From the NCBI RefSeq assembly GCF_009834535.1, contig NC_045707.1, forward strand, positions 62,312,001 through 62,376,000: a stretch of DNA of 64,000 nucleotides, given 5' to 3'. A program made the translations under genes and the position numbers. Numbering within the stretch: position 1 is the stretch's first letter; every line of letters starts with the position of its first letter. The notes under the pieces were generated by a model that saw only the letters and a list, made by a program, of their open reading frames with translations, was not told the DNA's origin and made no database searches. Positions 52,998 to 64,000 of the stretch are shown here, piece after piece. Source of the DNA: Camelus ferus (lineage: Eukaryota).

Positions 52998-53120
52998 CTG
53001 CTTACAAGAGTTCTTAGACTTAATATCAAAAGCATGAACCACAAAAAAAAATTGATAATTCAGACCTGATAAAACAAAAAAATTTGCCTTGCTAAGGACT
53101 ATGTGAAAGGGTGATATGAT
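52998..53120 (+). mobile_element. L1 ORF2 fragment
   Basis: 'agagttcttagacttaatatcaaaagcatgaaccacaaaaaaaaattgataatt...gctaaggactatgtgaaaggg'. Confidence 0.7.
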
Positions 53121-53495
53121 AATTAAAGCTGTAATGAAGACTTCTGTATTAATTTTTTACATAAATACCTATCACCTATTTAATTTAATGTTATCTTATA
53201 CAGAATATACAAAGGTCTAACATAATAGTTCTGTTGTACGTAGGCCAATTTGAAATAAAATGTGATGAGAATTCTGGTTGTTTTCATCCAATTAACTGGT
53301 TCAGTTTGTACAGACTACCATTACTGAAAGCAGAAGTTGTCAATTCAATTCTCAGAAATTATTTAATCCCCCACCTCCAAAATAGCAAGTATTCTTCTGC
53401 AAACGACATATTGTCATAAAGATGAAGAAGGGTTCTGTCCTATACAGACTACTAGATGATAATTTGGATAGATCAGAGGGCGAGGCAGAGGGGTA

Positions 53496-53556
53496 GGGAG
53501 AGAGAGTGAATGAGAGAGAGGAGAAAGAGAGAGGGAGAGAGGGAGAGAGAGAGAGA
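53496..53556. repeat. (GA)n-rich microsatellite
   Basis: Directly visible. Confidence 0.93.
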
Positions 53557-56474
53557 TGTAAGGAGATCTGTTTATAAGTATAACAGAGGCATCATTTCAT
53601 TGACGCCTGGGTAAACCTAAATGAATTCCTGATCTGAGTAGTAGCAGGGTGACTGAAAAAGAGGTGACAGATACGAGAAAAAATATTTACAGGAATTGTT
53701 CATTATTCTACTTATTGCCTTTCTACATTTTTATTTAGTTTTTAAGTAGTAGTGTAAATGCAAAGCTCTCAGTGATAACATTGCCAAGCTGTATGATAGG
53801 TTGAAAAAAATAAGAGAAAAGGTAAAGTATAACCGTAGAAGGCTATGCTTGAGAATTTGAACCTCATCCCCTAGCAGCAGTATTATCCAAGCAACAGAAT
53901 TCTTTGTGATTATGTGTCTCAAGTGGAAAAGAGAAATTGTGCCTAAAGAACATTCCAAATTACTACCTGTATTTTCAAAGATAACACTGATATTAGTAAA
54001 ATAGGTTTTGAATATCTACATTTTTCTTTCAAAGATAAGCAAAATTAACATTAACTCATGATGGACCTTTGAATTTGCCATTACTGACAATGAATTACTT
54101 TCAACTGGAAGGACTTTCCAACAACTGGTTCTGGAGATTAGACATTCAAAGGCAAAAAACACAAAACTAAACTAAACTAAATGAATCTCACAGACTTCCA
54201 TGTGAAGCATGTTATAAACATTCTAATACTCCCAAGGAGATATTGCCTCGTAATGGGCGCATAGTTTCCTCACTGACAGGTCCTTCCATACCAGTAGTTT
54301 CTTATAGTATCATCACTACTGAAAATGTGGAGCTGCTTCAAGTTTAGCAGACACAAGTACCCTTGGGAAAACGCAGAATTTCTCGCAGTGAATAGATGTC
54401 CTTTTGCAATGGATAAGCAGATTAAATTTTCTACTTATACAAAATAGTGAGTTAGTTTATCGTTTTCAAAAATGTTTCCTATTCATGTATTTATATTATT
54501 TCTTAGTATATATATGTTTGTTGGCAAAAGAGAACTGGCAATTTTAATTTGGACATACTGCACATAAACATACTGAATGGTCAGTTGAAAGTATAGGTCC
54601 GAAACTTAGAAGAAGTATGGTGCCAGTAGAAGAAAACTGATGCCAACAGAATTTATCAGTATGTAGATGGTATTACAGGATGCACGAGTGAGTAAGATCA
54701 TCCTACGTGAGACACAAGAATGGACTCAGGACAGTGGATTATAGCCCTGTGCAGTGGCTATAATCTAAAAACTAAAAGCAAGAGCAAAGAGAAAAATGTG
54801 ACCAGGTGTTCAATAAATATTTGAATAAAAGCTAAAGTAAAAGTCAAATGCTGAATATACAAAAAGTAATCTCAAATGCTATTTGCCTCAAATTGTGTTT
54901 CCCATCTCTTTGTTCATTATCTGTAAGAATTCTGAGCACCAATTATCTTACTGAGTGCACATATAGAAGGTAAAATACTGACAGTTTGAAAAAAGGGCTG
55001 ATTCATGCTTCTAATCTTTTCTCCTTTGCTATTATCATGTACTTATTTTAAGAATACTATAAAGATATATTTGAATCTAAAAAGCAAAGAAAGATTGTGA
55101 ATTTAAAAATTCTGTAGCAAACCATTAGCTACAGCATCTCATTAATGGCATTAAAATTTTCTCTCTTTTCACATGAATTTTACCTCCTTCAGTTGATCGC
55201 ATCCTTGATTGCAGTAGGTCATATATATTTTGTTAATTCTGGGGATTATTAGGGAAACTGATATGGGACCTTTCTGTAGGAGAGTAAGTATACAAAGTAT
55301 TTATAGATTTAGTGGATTAACCATTAGATGCTACTAGTTAAAACTCTATTAAATAGTTCACAACTATTGTCTTTATTAGCTAATGCGTTCTTCATATCAC
55401 ATATATAAGGACATGAGTCTTACTGTTTCATAAGTTCTGAAGTAGGTATATAAGGAGAAATGCTAGATAGTCAGAATTACCCTTACACTTTTCTCAAAAC
55501 CCCCAATTAGGAATACAACTATATTCAGTGATGTGCATTATTATAGTATATTGCACTCAGAACTACAAGTATATTATTCCATTCAGAAACCACATGCAGA
55601 AATTAAATTATTTAAGGGCTTACTACTTGGAACATGTCAGCAATTCACCGAATTTGTACTAACTTACCTACAACTGAATATTTGATTTGATTAGATGTAG
55701 AGGCATTAATGGTCCTTCCTGCATTGGTAAGAGAGAGACTGACAATTCATGATACGTAGAGGCAAGTACTTAAATGATCACCGACAGCCACTTATAATCA
55801 AGGGCTGTAAATGACAAGGCTTTGAGTACCAGGTAGAGCACTTAACACATAATGAGTGTAACAGGCTGGTTAGTTGCCTCTAAGCACACGGAAGAAATTG
55901 AGGAGAGAAGAGTATGTGCTCAGGGCTTTAAATCCTCAGCTTGACGTCCAAATGAAGGACCAGAAAGCTTCTACAACTGCCCTAAAAGGAACACATCTGC
56001 AAGCTCTAGGACTGAGATTTCTGAAAACCAAACTAAAAGCCTAACATTGCAGATGACCGAACTTTAATCCAAAATCTAATTTCCTACCTCTCAGCATCTC
56101 TTTTGTTAAAATGATCGTATTGATGGTGAAGTTAAGGAATCCTCAAAAAGTAAGACAGGGGATACACCGGCCAATTCTCATAAAGCTGGAGGACTTGTTT
56201 GCTAATTGTTACCGGTTTGTTTCCTCCCCTTCTCCCATGCACCTATCATTTAAAATTAAATGTGTTAATTGCTATGGACCTTACATTTCAGTATGCAGGT
56301 TGTAAGATGGGAAAGAAAGAGTTTGACACAGTTAAAAGAGAAATGAACAGTACACAAAGATGAACAAAAAGAGCTGTATCCTCTTTGGATGAGAGAATTT
56401 GGATGTTTTCAATTATGCAAAAATATATGTATCCTGTGAGGCAGAAGAATGAATTTGTTATTGTCTTTGGAATC

Positions 56475-57140
56475 TATTCCAGTTAAGAGAGATGAGAATG
56501 AACGCCAAGTTGACAAGATATAGAGTATGGCTTCGATCTGTGGCAATTTAGCAAAGCTGGACTTATGTTTCCCAGAATCTTTTCCTACATGGTTCACAAG
56601 AGAAATTTATTTTTGTGAGATTTGGAAGATGCAACTGAAACAGCAGCCATGTTTTCATCTTCTGAAAGTTGGTACAGGGTACCAGGCTCTGTAGCAGTTC
56701 ATGCACATAATTGTTAGTCTTCTAGGAGACTCTATAAACATGGAGCAGCACCAGACCTGTAAGTTCTCCAGCTCCTGCCAAATCTCTTTCCTTAGCTTTC
56801 CTGGGTCTTTGGTCCAGTGCATGTGCAGCTCCACGGTGAAGAGCACTAGATTCTCTATCAGAGGCTGGAAGTAGGGAGAGACAGAGGCCATTTCTACTTT
56901 GTTCTCCTAGCTTACAGTTGTCTTCACAGATTCCAGTTTGTTCATGATTTTGTCCACATTAGTTTTCTTTCCTCATTGCTGAACTGGCTAATCTATAGCA
57001 AATCTGGCCAAATAACTAACACAGACAACATCCACGCACAGACTCCTTCACCAATTTCACAACTGTGAAACATCCAATTTGAAATAATTTAATCTCAAGT
57101 CCATAAATATTTCTGCTTTAATAAAGTATATAGCAGCCTG
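56475..57140 (+). mobile_element. LTR41-like ERVL solo LTR
   Basis: 'ttccagttaagagagatg...aacgccaagttgacaagatatagagtatgg...agctggacttatgtttcccagaatc...ccaatttcacaactgtg' resembles LTR41 as recalled. Confidence 0.6.
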
Positions 57141-57227
57141 ACTTTAAAAAAAGGACTATAAAGCACATTTAAATAATGACTGTATTGTTCTACTTTTAAA
57201 AAATATCTTTTTTGGTTGGCACAATTG

Positions 57228-57470
57228 CAATTATTATTTATGGAATGTTTGCCTTGTACCAGGAACTACATTAATTATTTTATATTGATTTATATTAATG
57301 TTGCTGTCCCAATTCTTTGTAAGTGCTATTTTTATCCTAGTTTATAAATGGAGAGGAAAAAAACCACAAGGAGATTAAATAATTTGCATGAAGGAATACA
57401 TCTAGTAAATAAGGGAATCAGAAGTTGAACTTAGTTTGTCTGACCTCAGTGTGGATGCTCATCTCTCTGA
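57228..57470 (-). mobile_element. MIR SINE
   Basis: 'atttatggaatgtttgccttgtaccaggaac...gagattaaataatttgcatgaagg...agaagttgaacttagtttgtctgac'. Confidence 0.78.
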
Positions 57471-60254
57471 CAACCATCTTTGAAATTCGCATTAAAAAAA
57501 CTATTTGAAAAATACCAAGATATGAATCAACACTAACAAAACGTTGAAGTCACTACTCCAATCTTTGGAATCATCTTTCATTATTAGGTTACCCGAGGAG
57601 ATGAAATAGAAGAGATGGAAAGAAGGGTCAGATGAGGAGAGAAGGCTATATGCCTATACTGGTGTATAAATACATATATGCGCATCAATAACACACATAC
57701 ATATGTGTATATATGTATAAAACAAGTTCTGTAGAATGAGACTGTTGGTAATGAAACACAGAAGCATTTTCTAATGGTTCCAATAACCTTAGATGATTTT
57801 TTTCTATCGGTCACTCAAATCCTAAATGCGTATTTATTCTTCTTTACCTTGTCATTTCAATCATAGATGCTGTGTATCAATCTCCTGTGACAGAAGATGT
57901 TTTAGACCTCCTCTGCTGCATCAAACAGATCTCTCCTTCTGCCTCCTCTCGTCTGGGTTGCTTGATCACCAGCATGGAAAGAAACCTGATATTTCACGGG
58001 TACATGTGAACCAGCAGGCTAACCAAAGGATGACAAAACAATAAACTGGTCTCTGCATTGCAAGTCCCACGAAATTCAGAGAGTATCTTCTTTTGAGAGT
58101 GCCAGTTGCTTAATGCTGCTGTTTCTAAGCAGTATTTCATCTCTGACCTCAGCAGGAGCAAATATCACCAGAATATAAACAGAGCCTTTTGTCAGAGTTG
58201 AGGGTGGATGGCTATGGGCAAACACTTAGCTCTACAAAGCAGCGGAGGTCTGTGCCTTACTGACCCTCCCGCAATATGTGACCCACACTTCTGATTCCAG
58301 TTTCAGGATCACAGCTCATCACATTCCAATGTACCTGGTGCCTTCAATTCCTGAGCTTCTCCAGAGTTCTATCCTGCAAGTTTAAAGTCAGTTTTCTGTG
58401 GGTTATTATGTCAGTTACTACTTTTCCGTAACTTTCCAGTTGACTTTCCTTCTATGATTTCTTCTCCCATTGTCCATTCCTTGTGAACACTGCTTTTTTT
58501 ATTCCTTTATTTGCACTATTATGTAATTATTCTAGACAGCAAAGACATAACTAGGTACATCATACAGCCATAGAAAACTGGAAGAATTTTTTGTTATTTT
58601 AAATTTAGCAGTCAATTTATATAGTGTGTATAGCTTGGTTGCTATGCTTTGTAATAAAAACAATCAAAAATTAGAAATCCAAGCCAGAAAATGTCAACAA
58701 AAACCTTGGCTGCGATCGAATTTTGATGCCAATTTATTGACTTATCTGTTTTTACCAAACAACTTATTTGTCTAATGTGATCTCACTACACCTGAATTTA
58801 ATACATGAGGAAACATCAGCCTGAATAATTAAGGTGGGAAACACTACAAAAATTAAACCCAGGCTCCACAGTAATATAAAGATGGTTTATATTATTAGAA
58901 ACTATATGCAAACATGACACTGAGTCCTTAATTTTTGTAAATTGCCTTAATAAAGGGAATGTTGGTGAATCATCAAGTTTTGAGATGATACAAGAAACAA
59001 TGGAACAAAGTTCCAGCTTGGGAAAGAAACCATTTGGAATTAGATGAAAGGGTCATATTACACAGGGTCCTGTCTAGTGTTTAGGATTTGTTTTCCATTT
59101 CTGAGGTAGGAGTATGAGGATGGAATTCTCAGCACATATTTCTGAACACTTTTCTCTCCCAACTTCTTGACAGGGTAACTCAGCCATAAAAATTACCTTC
59201 ACTAATTGCCTTTAGCCTACTAAAAAAAAAAATCTCCCATATATCTTTCATTTCTCATCAACTGTCCACTGCCCAACAGACTCTGACAGCCTGAGCTTCA
59301 CAGGCACGGAGGGTTCTCACACCAACGGATGTGAGCAGAAGAGGAAAGATTCCAACCTTTCTGTTTCCCTGTTACACACGAAAGACTATGCCAGATAAAT
59401 ATAATCATGCCAAAAAAATGCAGGTGAAGAAAAAATTAAACCAAAATACTGAATTTTATTAATACAACTTATAATAAAACCAGAAAAAAATAAATTTTCT
59501 AGTATCTTATATGATGAAGTTTCTATGTGGGCAGTGTTAAGTGTTGGAATAATAAGTGAGTTCACCAGTACAATTTTTATGATACACAATTAGCATTCTA
59601 TAATCTTTGGGTGAGATGAAAGCAATATGAATTAAAGAATAAAAAAGCAAGTGATGAAGAGAAAGCAAGCTTTATGGGGGCACCACTGCAATCTGTGAAG
59701 ATGAGATCTCTGCAAGTACTAATTTATTTATAAGAGTCTTAGGCACTCAAGCCTCTCAAGTCTGCAAGATTCTGATTTGCGGAACATTTGAGAAACAGGA
59801 AGCTTATTTTTGCCTGGCTTCATTTAGTGACAATGTATGAAATCCAGAACCATGTGCATTGGCTGTATACAATTAAAAGGCAGACACTGAAAGTGAGGTA
59901 GTTTGCAATAAAGAGATACAATAGGTAGACGTTGGCAATAGAAGAATTACAAACAACAGAACTTGTAAAGGCTCTCAGATGAAACAGGTGACATTTTGGA
60001 ATCCAGGCTTATTAAGAGTCAGTATACAACACCAGCAATCAGCAGCTCATAAGGCAAACCTGATCCTTCAGTGGAACAGTCCTTGGGCAATCTTCAACCA
60101 TATTTTTCTTAATAAGACTGAGTTCTCATGTGATGAAAGTTGAATGCACAAAATGGCATTAGAAAGTAAAACAGAAAAAAAAAAATTATAGACCATTAGT
60201 AAACTTTATTTGACCAATAAGGTAGAGTTTTTCATTTGTTTTGTCTTGCTTTTT

Positions 60255-60535
60255 AAACAGAGTAGAATCTTGTTTAAGAGCAAAAACTCTGGTCCCCAAA
60301 TGCCTGGGTTTGACTCCTGGCTTTAAAATCTAATAGGTCCATGGGTTTGGGTAATTTACTTAACTTTGGTGTCTCAGCTACCGCATTGGTGTAAATGAGA
60401 TAATAGTATAATCTACTTCACAAGGTCGCTGTGAGGTAATCAGCTGGTAAATTAGTTCATGTGTGTAAAACTGCTTATGATGGTACTTGGCACAACTAGT
60501 CACCATGCACGTTTATGCTATTGTCATTAACATTA
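60255..60535 (+). mobile_element. MIR SINE, near full length
   Basis: 'gtttaagagcaaaaactctgg...tgcctgggtttgactcctggct...tgggtaatttacttaactttggtgtctcag...gataatagtataatctacttcacaagg'. Confidence 0.85.
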
Positions 60536-61739
60536 TTTTTTAGAAATTTTATGAATCTTACTTTGTATCAGGCACTGTAGGAAACATTCTCAGCTCTTCC
60601 TAATACCTACTTCTTCCTCGCCCTGAAAAAAGATAATACTGAATTTTGCATCTAACACCATAATCCAATCACTCTTGAAATAGAAAAATATATGCTTAAA
60701 GCTGTCAAAAATGACCAACATAAGCGTGTGATGTCACTATGTAATAGCAAAGTAAGAATACGTTAAAATTCTCAAAATTGTCCGAAGTTACGTTGACCCT
60801 CTTGTCCTTACTACTCTGCTTATTTTCTGCTGGTATGACTGCTTTCTGGGAGCAATGCTCTGTTGTCTACATGGTCTCTTTACTTAGAGACAAAGGGAAC
60901 AATCTGATTAATTAATTAATATTAAGTGACTTGTTGACTTTAGCTTCACCTTCTGGTACAATATCATTAAGGAATTTTCAACTACCAGAGAGATCCAACA
61001 GCCTTAAAGGATACTTCACAATGTACTGTGCTGACCATTCCTGGTGCTCTTTGAAAGCACCTATTTTTGTTGTTGTTGTCACTAATCAATGTTCAGCAAT
61101 CATTGATCAATGATTAATAAATGCTGCGTAGGTGCACCTTTGTTTTGATATGTCAGATAAAGATTGTTGCAAACACCAGGCGTAGGCACATTTAAGTTAA
61201 TCAAACGTAATTTTTCCTCTGAGGAAGGCAGGGTACCCAACAAAGGGATCAGTAATTTTATCCAGTGGAAGTGTAGACATTGTGACCTCTAAAATCCCCA
61301 AGAACGTCACCAGGAAGAACAGAGTTGTTCCATGGTAAGTTTTTATGAGTGTGGGTAGGTTACATCCAACACCCCGGATGATTAATTTTCTCTTCCCAAC
61401 CCAAGCTTATACTATAATATAATTTTACTCCAGCTTTGAGCCTTAGCTGGACCAGGTGCCCCTCATAAGAGATGCAGGACTAAACCTCCTTCTAATTCAA
61501 CAAGCTCATCCTCAAACTCCTTGCATATACCTGAGGAAAAATATATTCCCTAACTCAAATTTCAGAACTGGAATAAGGGCCAGCTAGCCAGGAGTAAGGG
61601 CCAGTTACCCAGGTGTTTCTGAGACTCACGCTCATAAAACTTTAGACCAGCTAGTATATCCTACCCTGTGGTAGTGAATAAAGGAGAAAAATCATAAAGT
61701 GATGATTTTCTTTTGTTGGAGGTTGTACCATAAAAATGA

Positions 61740-61960
61740 ATAATAATTTTAATAATGATGCTAACAGTAAATACAGTTTCAACTTACCCTTATTGTGTAC
61801 AATGTTAAAAAACAAAACTCTGCTCGTATTATTTTCTTTTATCACAACAACAATAATCTGGGCTAGGAGAATGAGACTTAAGAAGTTAAAATGTGGACTA
61901 ATACAAATGGCAGGGCTACAGTCATACCCGGGCAGTTTAGCTCTAAGACCTCACTCTGTG
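61740..61960 (-). mobile_element. MIR (diverged)
   Basis: 'gagaatgagacttaagaagttaaatg...gcagggctacagtcatacccgggcagtttagctctaagacctcactct'. Explains ORF 61736. Confidence 0.6.
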
Positions 61961-63699
61961 TCACATCTCAAAGTCGTGGGCCTTTTTGAGCATTATTGCC
62001 AGGCACTCCCACCTTGTACCCTATGCTTCTGTCATGATACTGTCTGTATCTCAAGGAAAGCAGGGAAACCATGTAGGTGATCTCAGTAGTGAGTTCAAAA
62101 GATTCTGAAGAAAACAGGCAAAATTTACAACCACTTACATAATCCAAGCTGAGAATGTCAACCTGTGCTACGTGGTACACAGAGCAACAGAATCAAAGGG
62201 ATGTGTTTGGAATCATACCCTATGCGTTAGAGGGCAACCCAGTAACACCTATTAGAATTTTTTTTTTCTGAAAGTGTCAGTGCTGTGCATAATTTTTAAA
62301 GGTTGAGTTTCATGGAAATACATATGGTCCTTTTACAAGAAACACTACTAAGGCATAGACTTTGAACACTTTTACAGGAACTACAGGAAGATGGTCTTCT
62401 TGCAACAAGAAAGGCAAATGCAGAACCACAATGCCACTTTCCAGCAATTTACTAAAGACTCACAGAAATAAATATATATTCTTGTGGTTCTGTTTTCCTG
62501 ACAGGAAAAAAGTGCCTGAATGCCACATCACAGCATCACCCTATAAAAGGGATATTAATCTCCACCCTCTGTTTCTGCACCTTCAAAAATTCTGTTAACA
62601 AGAATATATTATGTAAGATTATAGCACCAAATATCTGACAACAATCAGCCTACCTATCAATCATGTGGTCTAAAAGATATCAGTTTCACTGATATTCTTC
62701 TGAAACAGATTTTTTCAAAAGGTCATTTTGCCAATAATGTCATAAATGGAAATATTAATATAAGAGAAAAATCTCTACTGCACAATAACCATTAGAGTTG
62801 AATAAACATTTAATTACATGCTTTAGCCTTTTCCTAGCAAAGCATTATGCAGTAGAAATACATTTGATAAAATATTCTAATCCTTCATTCTGTTTCCAGG
62901 CAAGTGGTAACTGTTATCTTTCTACTGATCACAATAATAGGCCACAGCATACATTCCCACGCCACGTGATCTTAGCAATTACTTAGAACAGCAGCCCCTT
63001 CGGCTGAGTAGGTGAGATACAGCAGGATTTGGAGACAGTAGCCAATAAGCAGCAGGTTTATTGGATCTGCCAGCAGGCAGATTATTTGAAAACTTGAAAC
63101 TGCTGGGACTTTATTTTCTGAAGACTCGTGTTTTTTGTTGTTGATTTTGCTGTATCTTTTGTGGTAGTGAATTTCACATGAGCTCACACTATCAAGAAAT
63201 TCTGGCACCTAGATCAAAGGGAGTTAGTTACTCACCAGGAGGACTCACTGGCAGGCGGCTTGCACTTAACACTGGAGAAACAGAGACTGACGGTCGTAAT
63301 CCTGTGGCTTTAGAGAACCAGTCTTGGGAGCATATATTCAGTATTTGAATTTATATGCATTTATTTAATCAGAGTTGGCTGACTTAAGATAAAACATCTT
63401 CAAATACAACAAAGTGATAAATGAAGTAGATACTGAAGAATAATGGAGAAAAAGAATAATTAACCAAATCCTTCTTCTCACTTGTAAAATTTCTTAAGCA
63501 ACATTGAGTCTGGCTGAACAACTGCATTTTTCTAATTATGGTAGCCAGTGGCTACACATTATTGAGTGTCACGTGCATTACTTCGTAAGAATCTATCAAG
63601 GTAGTTACACTTTATTTTAGATATGGGAAACATGAATCTAAGTTAATTTAGAAGCTATCCCATTATGAGTGTTTTTTATAACATTATAAAGTGGTTTTA

Positions 63700-64000
63700 T
63701 GAAATATAAAATTCAACTGTACTTGAATTAAACAGTAAGGAATGTGCTGGCTCTAAAACTGGAAAACCCAGAGGAAGAGTTTGACCTAGAAGGTTAACGT
63801 GATAATCAAAGACCCTATTTATTTCATTTCTTCATTATGCCATTCACAATTTTGTGTTGGTCCAAGGCTGTTGCTGCTGCAAACGTAAGATAGCTCCCAG
63901 CAACAAGAACACAGGTACACTGGCTTCCTGATCATGTCCACTGCTAACGACAGAGAACCTTGACACAGTCAGCAAAGAGACATTTTGAACTTCACACTAA
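63700..64000 (-). mobile_element. Old MaLR LTR (MLT1J/K-like), cut by window edge
   Basis: 'aattcaactgtacttgaattaaacagtaaggaatgtgctggctctaaaactggaaaaccc...aagatagctcccagcaac'. Confidence 0.55.

Noticed and set aside
59894..59915. let-7-like seed 'tgaggtag'
   Set aside because: Similarity stops after about 9 nt and I see no complementary arm for a precursor hairpin.
1..64000. About 75 short ORFs in the supplied track as genes
   Set aside because: All are 128 aa or shorter, many lack an ATG start, and many lie within L1/L2/LTR/MIR or low-complexity DNA. Apart from the Tigger1 pieces none resembles a protein I know.
1..64000. Prokaryotic-type systems (CRISPR array, operons, defence systems, prophage)
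   Set aside because: No regularly spaced repeat-spacer array and no gene density; the repeat content is clearly mammalian.

Overview
This is AT-rich, CpG-depleted placental-mammal genomic DNA, not prokaryotic. It reads as intergenic or deep-intronic sequence dominated by decayed interspersed repeats: L1 of several ages, L2, MIR, MaLR/ERVL solo LTRs, Tigger and hAT DNA transposons, one MamSINE1-like tRNA-derived SINE, and microsatellites. I cannot support any intact protein-coding gene, RNA gene or CRISPR array. The only ORF-track proteins I recognise are broken Tigger1 transposase pieces (31888-32697, minus strand); a stop-interrupted L1 ORF2 C-terminus can be read by hand at about 11581-11790. 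Young L1 3' tails look cetartiodactyl-type, and I saw no Alu, Bov-A/BovB, PRE-1, CHR-2, Can-SINE or B1/B2, which points tentatively to a camelid. I did not find a credible new biological system. The findings are modest: a candidate regulatory island at about 12.9-13.5 kb, nested and twin insertions with target-site duplications (TSDs), a templated-insertion repair scar, a hairpin, and weak exon candidates. Repeat family names come from recall of consensus sequences, and boundaries without a TSD are approximate; both need RepeatMasker/Dfam confirmation.
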